From: Tubulanus polymorphus
Lineage: Eukaryota > Animalia > Nemertea
Direction of reading: 5' to 3'
NCBI RefSeq assembly: GCF_964204645.1
Contig: NC_134029.1
Span: forward strand, 17,974,950-18,038,949
DNA length: 64,000 nt
Shown: piece by piece, positions 13,601-24,847 of the stretch
How the letters are laid out: each line of letters opens with the position of its first letter
Position numbering within the stretch: the first letter of the stretch is position 1
Position numbers and translations under genes: made by a program
Notes under the pieces: model-generated
Told to the model about the DNA's origin: nothing
Seen by the model: only the letters and a program-made list of their open reading frames with translations
Databases searched by the model: none

Positions 13601-16600
13601 GTCTACAGGTGGTAAATTAGAATTACTTGGATTTGTTTTTATTCAATGATTGGAAGGCTGTCTTGAAACCAGTGACGAAGACAACTTAATCTAGATGCGG
13701 TTGATAACAGCTCTGCGTGTTTGAATACTGACTTCACCAAAACCATCCTCATATTCTCAAAAAAATGTGCTTCATACCGCCTAACAATTACTTGAATTAC
13801 TTACGATTACTTATATAACTATAGTTCCTAATCGAAAACTTTCATCAGTTATTTGGGGTGGAATCGCTAATCTAGTAGATGTTTAAAGATGATATCATAA
13901 AAATAATTATCTTTCCTCAACACATTTGTGCAGATTTGTACCAATGAGTAAAATTCATGTATATCAACAAAAATATGCCATGCCGATCCTCCTTAATCAA
14001 TTTTTGCTATTAAGGTCAATAAAGTCTCAGTTTCTTTCATGTAAAGGCTCAATTATTGATGGCTACAGCTGTACTTCATACTCATACAAAATTATGAGAC
14101 ATCTATTGTTGTACCGTTTCAGGTTACAGAGACTGGAGAAGTCGATTTCTCCAATAAACAACAAATTTTCCAGATTCCACGCAGTTCATCTTAGTGCTTG
14201 CAATGTAGAATGAAGGCGTATTGTACTATACATTCAGTTATATGAGATTTCTATTTCGAGGATTCCCTCTCCCCTACAATAGGGCCTATGTATACATATA
14301 TATATATAACAACTGTTCACACGGGCCCCAGCCCATTTGGCGGGCCAAACTTGGCCTGACCTGACCAAAAACGTCGGACCCGGCCAGAGCCAAATTTTAG
14401 CATGAGACAAATGATTACGTTTGAATTGCAACTGGTACCGGAAATGACCCACTTCGCTTTGTTTGAGCATTGTTTAGTATCGAGTGAATGGTTTACGTAT
14501 GAATGCGCTTTCTAATTATTAGACATGGGCCAAATTTGGCTCGAGTCTGATCCATGCCAATTGAGCCTGGACCAAATCGTCTCCATGTGATCGTGGCTAA
14601 AATGTTTTCAATACCTAATTATTCTTATCCTATAAGAGTTTATCCAATTTTTGGTATCAGTTTCATTTCATCTATGCGATGCCAGACCTTGACACAACCC
14701 CAGTTTTGCCGGCTTTGATAACCCGCACCACGGAAAGCTTTGCAGCTTTATTTTCATGTTCATGCTCGATGTGTGCATTAGACTTTAACGAAGTCATCTA
14801 AAAACATAAAGTTAGTGAAGCTTTGATATTTTGGAAGATCAATTTCTCTCATATGACATCTGATTAATAGCCTAGATATATCTACTATTATAACCTAGTA
14901 CTGGAATTGAGCTAGGTTATAGAAATGACATTTTGAATCATACAGGCATATTGTACTTCAAGGCTTTATGCTTCCTGATATTGATAACCGAAAACAATTT
15001 AATTAGAACAAAATGAGGGCCAATAGGCCTATATAATATAAACAGAAAATCAGGCTTAACGTATCGACCATTGAAACTAAAACCTTATTACCTAAGGTAT
15101 GCATATATTCATTATCTTTAGTTATGACTTAGAGATTGAATTGGCTCTATAGAAATACCTTATCTCTTCGAGATACATATTTCAGTCATTGTCGAAGCGA
15201 AGAGTTGAGTTTATTAAGTAACCGACGAACAGTTGAAAGCGGTAAGTTGAAATAGTTTGTATTCATCAAACGCCCGCTAATTATCAAACAATTTGCAGTT
15301 CACAGTAATCGACATATAACTACCACACGGTTTCCACACACCGCGCTGAACTATCAAACTCATCACTAACCTTTATTCGACAAATATCTGCGCACGAACA
15401 GTCGCAACCGAATGAGATTAAAATGCCTCTCAAAATCAGAAACAAAGTTTCCACGAGTGACGTACTTTTAAATGCAATCAACATGCACGAAGCTCGATAA
15501 ATATAATTCTAGAGAGTATCTTCTGATGATACGAGAACCGCAATTGTCGCGTCAAAGTTTGAAAGCGCAGGTTACCTTTAAGTTTCTAATCAAGAAAAGA
15601 ATTAAATAAAACATCTTTTGATGGCAAAATCTTGAATGTCACGTATCCTGTCGGGATAGTTTCATTTCAATTATTGGTATCCCACCCAACAAAAAGGTTT
15701 CTAGTTCATTTATCAGTTCAATGAATAAGGGGAGCTGCAAACTCGCTAACAATACTACTATGTGCATCAGCAAGTATTCAGATACTTTTTTCTTCTTTTT
15801 TTCCTATTTTTGCATTTGGTCTAGATGATAGTTTCTATCATCTATGTATGCCGATGATAGTGCTATCATCTATGTACGCCTAATATATTTCCTTTACACT
15901 TGCGTATAATGCATTCTAAAAGCCGTTTGTAAGTCAATTCTGTAAGTTCTATGTACTGATGTATATAAGGTCCTATGGCAAAATTAAAGTTCTTGTAAAA
16001 AAGAAAACGAACTAAGGGCGCACAGACACCATGTCCAATTAGTGAAATACTTAGAAATCTGACTTATCCAATATTAGACGCCCCCTGGTGAATAAAACAG
16101 AAACCAATGACCTTTCAATCTCACCAAAATCGTAGAGCATAACATGAGTTACGATTATGCAATAGATAGTGGTAACAAAATATGCGTAGGAACCAATGTT
16201 GTATATTATTCAGGGATGAAAACAACTGCCGAAAACCGTCTTAAGGAGCACTCCTATTTACGGAGTGCTCCGATGTGACGCCCGCGATTGAGGTGATTAA
16301 AGCGATTGAGGTGATTTACACTGTTCTCAGGAATAAAGAAAATGTGAGAAAAAGTCGGAAATCCGTCTATGGTTGGAAGATTTTCATCCCTGTATTGTAT
16401 ATTGTTGTATAACATTGTACATTATTCAATATTCAACATGCCCTGCAGGGGGAAACGGAATTCATGGGTTATGGGGATGCATCTTCATGTGTTCTATGAC
16501 AGTGATATTAAATATCAAGACTATTAGATATAAAGACCTTTCAATATTCCCTCAAGGAGTCCAGGTTCAAGGACACCATGCCGGCTATGATTAGAAATGC

Positions 16601-18015
16601 TTGACAAATGCGACAATTTGAGTACCAACTCAAATCCCACAAGAGATAACAAAGAAACCAATGACCTTGAAACTAACCATTACAAAACATGCAGAGCTCC
16701 TGATATAAATTTAAACAAATTGTATCAGCCATACATCCTGATTCTGATTGGGAGAATCTTTAGGCTATATATGTGCCGAGGTAGATACACATCAAAACAA
16801 TACATAAACATTCCCATAAATCAATTCCATCTATGGACAATAAGTGAAAGTGAAAAATCGAAATGTCGAAATTTAAATGAAAATATCTGGGGTGAGCTCC
16901 AGATCACAAAAAAACTTTGATGATCCGAAATTGGAAGAATGGTTTTAAATGTATTAAAGAATATTTGAGGGAAATGTGTTCAGGCACTCCTCCGGATTCA
17001 GAAAACCAACTCGACCTAGAACCACTGACTATAGAAAGGGATAGCTCGAAAGTGTCGCGATTTGATTATTCGTGGATAGGCCGCTATAACCAAAACAAAA
17101 CATGTCTAGGATCAAAGCGGGTCCGTCGCTACGTGAGGTACTCCTCGCGTCGGGACTCACCTCTAAAACGGGGCCCGAGACGAGTATAGTCTGTTCCACG
17201 CCGCTACCGTGTAATCCTTTTTGACTGATGGCCGTCAAATGATGCAACAACAAATTCGTACTCTCCGTTTTGCCGGAGCCCGATTCGCCGGAGATGACGA
17301 TGCACTGGTTGTCGCGATCGCGCAACATCGTGTGAAACGCTGCGTCGGCGATCGCGAATATGTGCGGCGGCAACTCACCGAGTGCGCGGTTCTGGTACAA
17401 CTTCACATATTTCGGGTTGTAAATCGGGAAAAACTTGAACGGATTGACGGCGATCAGTATCGAGCCGACGTACGTGTAGATGTTGCCGACGTCGAATCGC
17501 GCGCGCAGGTTTTTCAGCAGCGTTTTCTCGTTCAGATCGGGCAGATTGCACAGATCGGTGTACTCCTTCGATTCGGACGTTTTCCGGATGAATAATCCGA
17601 GGTAATTCTCCTCGATCGGATTTGTGTCCGAGCACTCCATCCACTGGCCGGGTGTCGCGAGCGGCTCTTTTTTGCGTATGTAAAATCGATATCCGGTCGT
17701 GGTATGGCCGTCTCGCGAGTGCTGCGTTTTCGGCCACAGCAACTGAACCTGCACGGGATTTTCCGACTTCTGCAAGCGACGTTCCTTGCAGATTTGCCCG
17801 CTCGAGAAAAATATCTCGGCCAATTCGCACAACTGCGCGCGCAGATTCAATTTCGTACAAACCGAGCCGACGACGTCGGATGCCGGCGTCTTCTTTTCGG
17901 CTTCGATCGAAACGAACTCCATTTCGTGACTCAAACTGCCTGTGTACACGCGCACCATATACGTCTCCATGCTTAATTTGCGCCCTCTAGTGGCGAGCTG
18001 TATCGGCCGAGACAT
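1626..18015 (-). CDS. MYO9: Unconventional myosin IX (MYO9A/B-like), 5' part; continues past the left window edge. Coding exons: 17161-18015, 9761-9855, 5685-5747, 3119-3218, 2143-2258, 1626-1680
   Basis: N-terminal RA-like segment, then motor motifs [27 protein letters not shown]-loop GESGSGKT, switch [24 protein letters not shown] and NYHVFY. All junctions are GT-AG and phase-compatible (1,284 nt, 428 codons). Confidence 0.95.
1721..2119. mobile_element. CAGGG-ended non-autonomous DNA transposon, probable 5-bp TSD
   Basis: CAGGGACCCGA...TTGAGACCCTG; flanks ACTGG/ACTGA; AAGGAGTTT subterminal repeats; 3' end shared with 7885-8398. Confidence 0.65.
2143..2258 (-). CDS. MYO9: Myosin IX exon
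   Basis: TTGTAG|[38 protein letters not shown]|GTATTA. Confidence 0.92.
3119..3218 (-). CDS. MYO9: Myosin IX exon
   Basis: TTACAG|[33 protein letters not shown]|GTACGA. Confidence 0.94.
3911..4363. mobile_element. PIF/Harbinger-like MITE
   Basis: TIR AGCCTAGCGTACATCGA / TCAATGTACGCTAAGCT; TAA TSD; three internal CAACTAGTTG palindromes. Confidence 0.8.
5240..5290. repeat. AT-rich short tandem repeat (ATAAGATATGAA-like)
   Basis: Several adjacent imperfect copies. Confidence 0.7.
5685..5747 (-). CDS. MYO9: Myosin IX exon
   Basis: TTTCAG|[21 protein letters not shown]|GTATGA. Confidence 0.93.
6095..6300 (+). repeat. Dispersed repeat family (other copies ~16020-16200 on +, ~48590-48735 on -)
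   Basis: Shared ...ACGCCCCCTGGTGAA...AAACCAATGACCTT... segment. Confidence 0.7.
7885..8398. mobile_element. CAGGG-ended non-autonomous DNA transposon, probable 5-bp TSD
   Basis: TIR CAGGGTCCCGAC / GTAGGGACCCTG; flanks CTTTA/CTTTG. Confidence 0.7.
9071..9561. mobile_element. Non-autonomous DNA transposon with 6-bp TSD
   Basis: TIR CAGAGTTGCCACTT / AAGTGGCAACACTG; TSD TATACA; TCCGGA subterminal repeats. Confidence 0.85.
9761..9855 (-). CDS. MYO9: Myosin IX exon (switch I)
   Basis: TTTTAG|[32 protein letters not shown]|GTAAGT. Confidence 0.95.
10938..11203. repeat. Dispersed MITE-like repeat (second copy ~14315-14600)
   Basis: Colinear similarity over ~230 bp (GTCGGACC...TGAATTGC.ACTGGT...TTGTTTAGTATC...CCAAATCGTCTC); degenerate TIR TAGCCGTGATC. 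Confidence 0.7.
11700..11968. mobile_element. piggyBac-like MITE
   Basis: TTAA|CCC.TTC...GAAAGGG|TTAA; related internal sequence at ~18170-18400. Confidence 0.7.
16211..16392. mobile_element. Short CAGGGATGAAAA-ended MITE (relative of 58590-58870, opposite orientation)
   Basis: Perfect 12-bp TIR; internal sequence matches the reverse complement of 58590-58696. Confidence 0.8.
17161..18015 (-). CDS. MYO9: Myosin IX first coding exon (RA domain, motor N-terminus, P-loop)
   Basis: ATG at 18015; ends ...GPVLE|GTGAGT. An upstream acceptor TTTGCAG at 18144-18150 implies a 5'UTR part 18016-18143. Confidence 0.95.
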
Positions 18016-19016
18016 GCTGCCCCGACGTCACGTATGTACTGTTTAAAGAATCGGCAATGGTAGCAACGCCCGCAGTGCAGTAGTAGCGGCAGCTTCACGG
18101 CAACAATACATCTTCATCATTCGGCTCAAAGATAGCATACACCCTGCAAATAGATAATAGTTCTGATTAAAACCTCTCAGGGCATCTACCCCGTATGCCA
18201 GTGTATAAATCGGCGATGGACATTGCTAATACACTGCATTATGGTGTATTGATATAATAAGTTATTAGTTTTCATCTTAATCTGTCATACTGAAAATATA
18301 AGTAACCAACGATACGCCGCGCCACGCATAAATCGGAGAAGGCTTTGACTAGTACACTGCATCGTGATGTATGTAATAGTTTTCTATCTCTATTGAAACA
18401 TGGCCGCACCTGCCAAAGATTGTGACTGTAAATATGTTCCTTGTAACTTGAATTTAATCAAAAAACTATTTTTGTTAATTTGAATAAATATATTCTTATT
18501 ATAATTTTGGTATGCCCTCTAATACCTCCCACGAGGGGTTTGAGAGTTATAAAATTGAATTGAAAGAGTGAGTGTAATGATAAACCCACAGCACCACGGT
18601 GAGGCTAGATGCTCTATAGTGGTGCCCATTATACAAGACCGGGGTGGAATTGTGAGCACTGAAAGGCTTAACTCCTCCGGATTTAGAAACTCAAGGCTTA
18701 CATACAAGAAAGCGAAATGACTGGGAAATGCATTTCTGTCGAAGCTGCAATTCTCATCATCAGTCAGTATCTGACTAACATGAGCCAAGTTCAAGCTTTA
18801 TCTTATATAGGAGATGTTTGTTTCATATGTTAAAGTACTACATGTACAACGCTGATTAATAGTGAAAACTCAACAAAATCAAGAAAGGAAAGTTTGGCTT
18901 AATCCAGGTAAAAGTCTAACTTTTATACTATGCCTGATAAACCCTATTGAATTGATAATGTCAAAATCAGTTTTAGCGAAACTGGACCCTATCACTGAGA
19001 ATCAACTTAAACGTTA

Positions 19017-19227
19017 GGCACAGGTTTCGATCAGTTTCTACCGATTCCAGAATTATCTTCTGGCACGTTCGTTTCGACTAGTACGCTCTACCTTTATTGG
19101 AATAGCATAATCTGTAGCGTAATAGCATTTTTAATCTATAAACTTGATAGGAAGCAGCCGGTAGAGTGCTAGTAATCCGGAGAATTGCTATTCCCAAACC
19201 GGAATACATTCAGTCGAAATCTGTCTT
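19017..19227. mobile_element. Degenerate Harbinger-like MITE
   Basis: Imperfect TIR AGGCACAGGTTTCGATCAG / CAGTCGAAATCTGTCTT; internal GGAATAGCA/TGCTATTCC inverted pair. Confidence 0.5.
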
Positions 19228-21176
19228 AAATTACCAATGTAGAAGACTTTTAATCCAGATTATTCAAAATAATCACTGGTCTCAAATGATCCAGGTAAGG
19301 TAAGAAGAATTATTAATCATAATGTACCTATCATCCAGAGATTCAGAGTTCACTCATACTGCGCTAGTGTAACATACCATTTTCTATCTGGTTTTCTGAC
19401 AAACTAGATAAATCTATCATGTTAGTAGGGTATACTTTCGGCAAAATTGTCACAGCATATGCACGCAATTACATAAACCCAAAGGCACTTTTACTGATAT
19501 TAAGCCGACGTTATAAAATGGATTGTTCCAGACTGATATCAAAATACAGCTAGGCACCAATAACATTTTGGAGGCCTCTGCCACCCACACACTATTTTGA
19601 CAAGAGGCACATAAATCATGACTGATGTGTTCTTTCCTTATGGCGCTGTGTGTGTACAGACTGGGCTGGGGAATTCTCGATATTCGCTGTATGCACTACT
19701 ATTATACTATTACTACTACTCTTCTCAACTGCCTGCTGACGTAAATAACCTATTTCAAAATGACAAATGAGTACGTCTATATGATTTTGGTAATAAATGA
19801 ACATTTTGGTAATTTCTAATTCAGAATTTTATAATTAGGGAAAATCCGTTAAGTATTGCATGATACATTAGGTTTCTTATTCGTACCTACCAAAAATTCT
19901 CTACTGGTAACAAAAAGGCCAGTAGAGTTTGTAATCGGCGGAAAATTATAAACCGGAATGCATTCATGTGAAACCTGCTACACTTAAAATCATGTTTAAA
20001 CTGTTAAATAGGTCTATAATATAAAAACCTATTTCCGTAACGTTTTGAAACTGCTTGGTTGCATTGCATCACCATTGAACAAAACCTAGTGCCCTAGTGG
20101 GTCCACACACACACATAGGGCACCCTCTTTATCTGGAAATAGGGATGGATTATCCATCTTTATTCATTCGACTTAATGACTTCATTCGAAGCTTGGGTAT
20201 CCCTTACGAACCCTCCAAACAGGGAACAAAAAACATTGGAAGCGGTTTCTTAGCAGTGCAGTGTATAATGTAGATATAGGCCTATACCGGTATATTAGGA
20301 AGAAGATAGTCGTGATATCTTAATAATGACGATTATTGGTTCAATAAATAAACATATATTATAGTTCAGCTATGTGATATAGGTTACCGATAGCTATATA
20401 TACATACATTAAGTTATATTGCTATAGTAATATATAGGTATATATTCTAGACTCAACCTATTATTATATGTGTTAAAGCGCTGATAAACTCCAATTCGAA
20501 ATCATCCCAGAATACAGGTTATTTCATAAGAAAATAATAAGAAACATTTTTAGGCTATAAAGGCTATATATCGAACCAGTCAGAACCTGAATTCTCATGG
20601 AATAATCCCTGACCCCCTGCCACCTAACAAACTTCTTTTAAGATTGATCCATGTTAATTAATGCAACTTGCTATGAGAGTTCGACCGATTATTCTCAGTC
20701 AATAGTGTCATTGCAAAACTTAAATAATGGAGAGTTTAGTGAAATAAACAGGTTTGTCTATGAAATATACGTTATAAATAGTCAATTGTGTAACATTACC
20801 GCTACAAAATCAATGAATATATGTAAATACACAGTAAAACACCCAAACAGTAAACAACGAGGCAAACAACAAATAATTCGATTAATACGAATTGTCCAAT
20901 CATTCATTTAGTTATCGATCCGCTATTTCCCATTAACAGTACCTAGTATTTTCATGTGCTCTGTGTCTCTGGAATGTACTACAATAATATCAGATCCAGA
21001 CTGAAGCCAGAATCAACGAGAACTATGTACAAGACAGATATACAGTAGGCTACACCTCACCCATCTCAGACAGGGCTTATTCGGACTAAAAGAAAGGGGA
21101 GGACGAAGCAAAGGTATCTTTAACTAAAGGTTCAGGAACAGCGAGTCCACTAGTTGAAATGCTTCATGACGCCTGA

Positions 21177-21636
21177 GGGTCATCCTTATTACAGAGATGA
21201 CGTAATTTACCGAGATGAACCGAGATTTACTGAGATGAACCAAGATCAACCGAGATGACATGAAATATAGCATATTTATTTATTCCTTATCGATTTTAAC
21301 ATTTGAAATCATATTATATCAGTAATAAATACCTTCTAGAGTCATATTTTTCTGGATATTTTGTTAAAAAAATTTTGACTTCAAATACGTAATCTCGGTT
21401 AGCAATAAAATTTCATTGAATTTGATTGATCGACGATCTCATCTCGGTTAAGTTAAAAGTTATTTTTCTACAAAAATATCTGACAAAATATGTAAAATAT
21501 GACTCCAGCAGGCATGTATTACTGATATAATATGATTTCAAGTGTTAAAATCGATAAGGAATAAATAAATATGTTATATTTCATTTCATCTCGGTTGATC
21601 TCGGTAAAATACGTCATCTCGGTAATAAGGATGACC
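21177..21636. mobile_element. Mutator-like foldback MITE
   Basis: About 190-bp imperfect TIRs starting GGTCATCCTTATTAC; 9-bp TSD GACGCCTGA at 21168 and 21637; CCGAGAT subrepeats. Confidence 0.88.
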
Positions 21637-22399
21637 GACGCCTGACGATCTAAAAATTTCAATATTGAACACGCCCTTGCCGCCCAAATGCAGTTAAACC
21701 AATGATCTTCACAATCATAGAACATATGAGCTATAACTTTGCAATAGATTAGTCACAAAATATTTATTACCCTATTGAACGTTGTGGGAACGTGTGACGC
21801 CTAGCAGTTGGAAAGAATGGTTTATCAGGCCTAGTTGCACTACCAATGGCGGGTAGGCTACAGGGACAGGGAAAATGAATGCTTTAAGGGTAATAGATCA
21901 GGGCAGGGTATAGGTTCAAAGAAATGGATATTTGGCCAATTGCGCATTAGGCTAGTTTTATGCTATTTTGCCAACAGTGATTCTGATTATCGATGTTGTG
22001 CATAGAAGTTAAAGAAAGTATCTCGATGCGAACCCACTATATATGTGGGCTGGTGCAGTATATGGCCACAAAACCATCAGGTCACAGGGTCAAAATGTTA
22101 GATTCTTTGGTGAACCACTGACTAGGTCAACATTTCGTTACTATATGGAGCTACCATGAAGAATTAGGGTTATGGTTGAGTACATACAACCATTAGGAAC
22201 ATCAAAACTGCGGACACATCCTTAAACTGAAATCTTACTTGGACCGTTTTGCTAAACCTAATCATTGTAAATATTCGCATAGCTTCATAAATAGATAACG
22301 ATAGAATACCATCACATCATTTGGTAAAATATCCACAGTATAAATTCGATTAGATGACAACACAAATCCATGTTGCTACAGAATAAATTATCAAAATGT

Positions 22400-22712
22400 G
22401 TATTCACTAAATCCAGCAAGGCTGCTCAGAGCGCTTTGCACTTTTGCAGTATCAGTCATCTCTCCCTGGAGAGAAGTAATATCCGAGCAACTAACAAGCG
22501 CCCAGGAATCCTCTGTAAGCCCAGGTAACCATTAACTCCAGGGCGGAGAGTGGCAATGATGAAAATCGTTTTGCCCAGGGACACTACGGCGATAATGTAT
22601 GGCAGAAGGCCTATGGCGACTATCAGTATCGACATCGGGTTCAAACCCACACGACCTGGTTTCCCGAGAAATCTTTCAGGAGCCGAACGCCCTAGCCACT
22701 CGGCCACACCAC
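22400..22712 (-). mobile_element. tRNA-derived SINE
   Basis: A box TGGCCGAGTGG, B box-like GGTTTGAACCC, central GTGTCCCTGGGCAA...AATGGTTACC, and a LINE-like tail GCAAAGCGCTCTGAG. Confidence 0.75.
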
Positions 22713-22885
22713 TCTACTACTTGATATATGAATGTAATAAAATAATGGCGTTTGTTGTTGTCAATTGTTGTGTTGTTTTTAGAGGGGGGAAGCGAAAATA
22801 GTAGCAGCGTAGTAGCTGTTGCCGAGTTCAACAATTTGAGTTGACTTTTTTTGAGATTGACAACGACGTTTTTTACCCAACTCAC

Positions 22886-23160
22886 CACACACGCTTACTG
22901 CTGCTGACTACAATTTTTGAATGTCATTATTTCCATGCGTAACGACTAATCCTAGAATTACGATCGACTTATGGTCCCGAAAAGCCGATGTTTAAACCGC
23001 AAAAATATCAGTTTTTAAACTGCAAACTTCAACTTTTCACAAACAGGAAGTGCCGCACCTGTGGGATTCGGTATAGTTCGTCAGTGTTTCAATAGATGGC
23101 AGGAGCTACTTGTATGAGCGGACCGGAATGTGTAACGGACAATTACGGATAATGGCAACG
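22886..23160 (-). promoter_or_regulatory. Candidate myosin IX promoter and non-coding first exon
   Basis: Minus-strand donor GTGAGT at 22880-22885; CpG-richer stretch with ETS-like CAGGAAGTG at 23044 and AGATGGC motif; the acceptor at 18144 needs an upstream exon. Confidence 0.4.
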
Positions 23161-24718
23161 GACATGTGATCATCTTTGCCTAGTGAACTAACATCAGTGA
23201 ATAGCTAGCTACCGGCAAAGCTCCTAAAAATCCGTCTTTGTTTTACCAATTTCAATTAGTAAACTGTTTCCCAAAGTGCCCCACCGGTCTATTCGATTCA
23301 AGGGGGTTCAGAAATTAGGTTACCAGTTTGAAGGTTTGGAGGCACCTAGTTAGTTACCTAATCGTTGGTGGTAAGCTATTTATATTCGGATGGGCTTATA
23401 CCTCATTTGTGGTTTGTGAAAATATCCGATCGTGAAACTAAACCACAGACAGGTTACTGACTAGGAGGCACCTTGCTTATAGTTTGTGATTTGTTTTTCT
23501 AATAATTCTCGGATCAAAAAGAGACCGTGTTAGCTTTTAACAACGATGTGCGCTCGCGATACTGCAGAATTTATTAGACCAGAAGTCCAGCTGATACTAG
23601 ATTTTACGTTTCAAGATGTCGGTTAACATCGATAAAATCAATTCTTTACTGACAGCTCGTTTATGTTTAATAAGATAAAATCAGTCCATTAATCTTTATA
23701 TCTCAACGCCTGATTTTTCACCATCCTGCTTCATTTTCTCAACTCAATGGTCATGCCGTTCATTCAGCCGTCCGAAGTATAGGCTTTGTGTTTTAGAGGC
23801 ACACAGATGAACTGAAGAAATACAAATTCCAAAACATTGACCAACTATCCAACTATCCAACTATTACTCAAATAGAAATTTTCATGATAAATATTCAGAA
23901 TAGATATCCAGATTTGCGAACATGGGCAGTTCGAGAGTTACGGCAAGACCAGTACTGAAGGGCTCTTCAACGTATGAAATATGATATGATTTAAATGATG
24001 TCGTTCGTACGTGGAATTTCCAACTCGATTCTCAAATGATCGTAAAAAAGGAAAACATTACCAAAAGATTGTTTTTCGCCTTTTATTCACGCCGAAGTTT
24101 TATTTTGAAAAGTTCATAAAAATGTTTTCAATCTTGTACTTACTCAGCCATCAGTTCATAGTTGATAAGCGAGCGATTGATGGTCAACGGATCCGTTAAA
24201 CCGCCCAGATCTCCAGGGTGCAAATCATTTTGCCGAGGCTGGACGTTTTGTTGAATGGTGAGGCCTACCTATAGATAAAATTATCAGTCAGAGAATGATT
24301 AGGCCTACTTCAATATCGCAGGCCAGAGTCGTAATCCTGTGTCGTGGATGGTGTGCATGTTTAATTCAGAAAAATGTCTGCCGTGATCCCGTTCATGACG
24401 TACGCCTAATGATTGCATGATAGTACTTCGAATAAGGAATAGTGAATAGGTTTGCATCCAAGGTGTAGATAGGGGTCTAACTATTTAGGTGCAACAGTGA
24501 GCGCTTTTTTAATGCGCCCAGAATTTTGCAGTTGAAATGCCCGCTGATGTAGATAGAGGAATATGAATGATACTTATTTTAAATACATAGTACACAAATG
24601 AATAAGAAAATCATAACGCTGAAATTTTCTACCCCCATTTTTCATATTCTTGCGTAATAAGAATCTTTTACAAATATGAAAACGTAGACGAGAAGATACA
24701 CAATATCCGTGTATGATG

Positions 24719-24847
24719 ATAACGAGAGAACCGATACGCCTGATGATGGCTAACAGTTGTTAGCCGAAACGTCGCTCCTCAAATATAATCATTCTGATAT
24801 AGAATTTTTCAATCTTGGCTTCGTTATTGTGGGACTTCTCTCGTTAT
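24719..24847 (+). ncRNA. Minimal hammerhead ribozyme motif in a probable Penelope-like retroelement remnant
   Basis: CTGATGA-T-GGCTAAC-AGTT-GTTAGCC-GAAA-C-GTC at 24740-24773, inside a 12-bp inverted repeat. Confidence 0.65.

Noticed and set aside
17221-17990. Several 90-160 aa ORFs overlapping the myosin IX exon
   Set aside because: Antisense or alternate-frame shadows of a GC-rich exon; no motifs
21190-21260. CCGAGAT repeats as a CRISPR-like array
   Set aside because: Units are ~10 bp with no spacers, inside a MITE arm in animal DNA
22630-22712. tRNA gene
   Set aside because: A and B boxes are present but there is no cloverleaf; it is the SINE head
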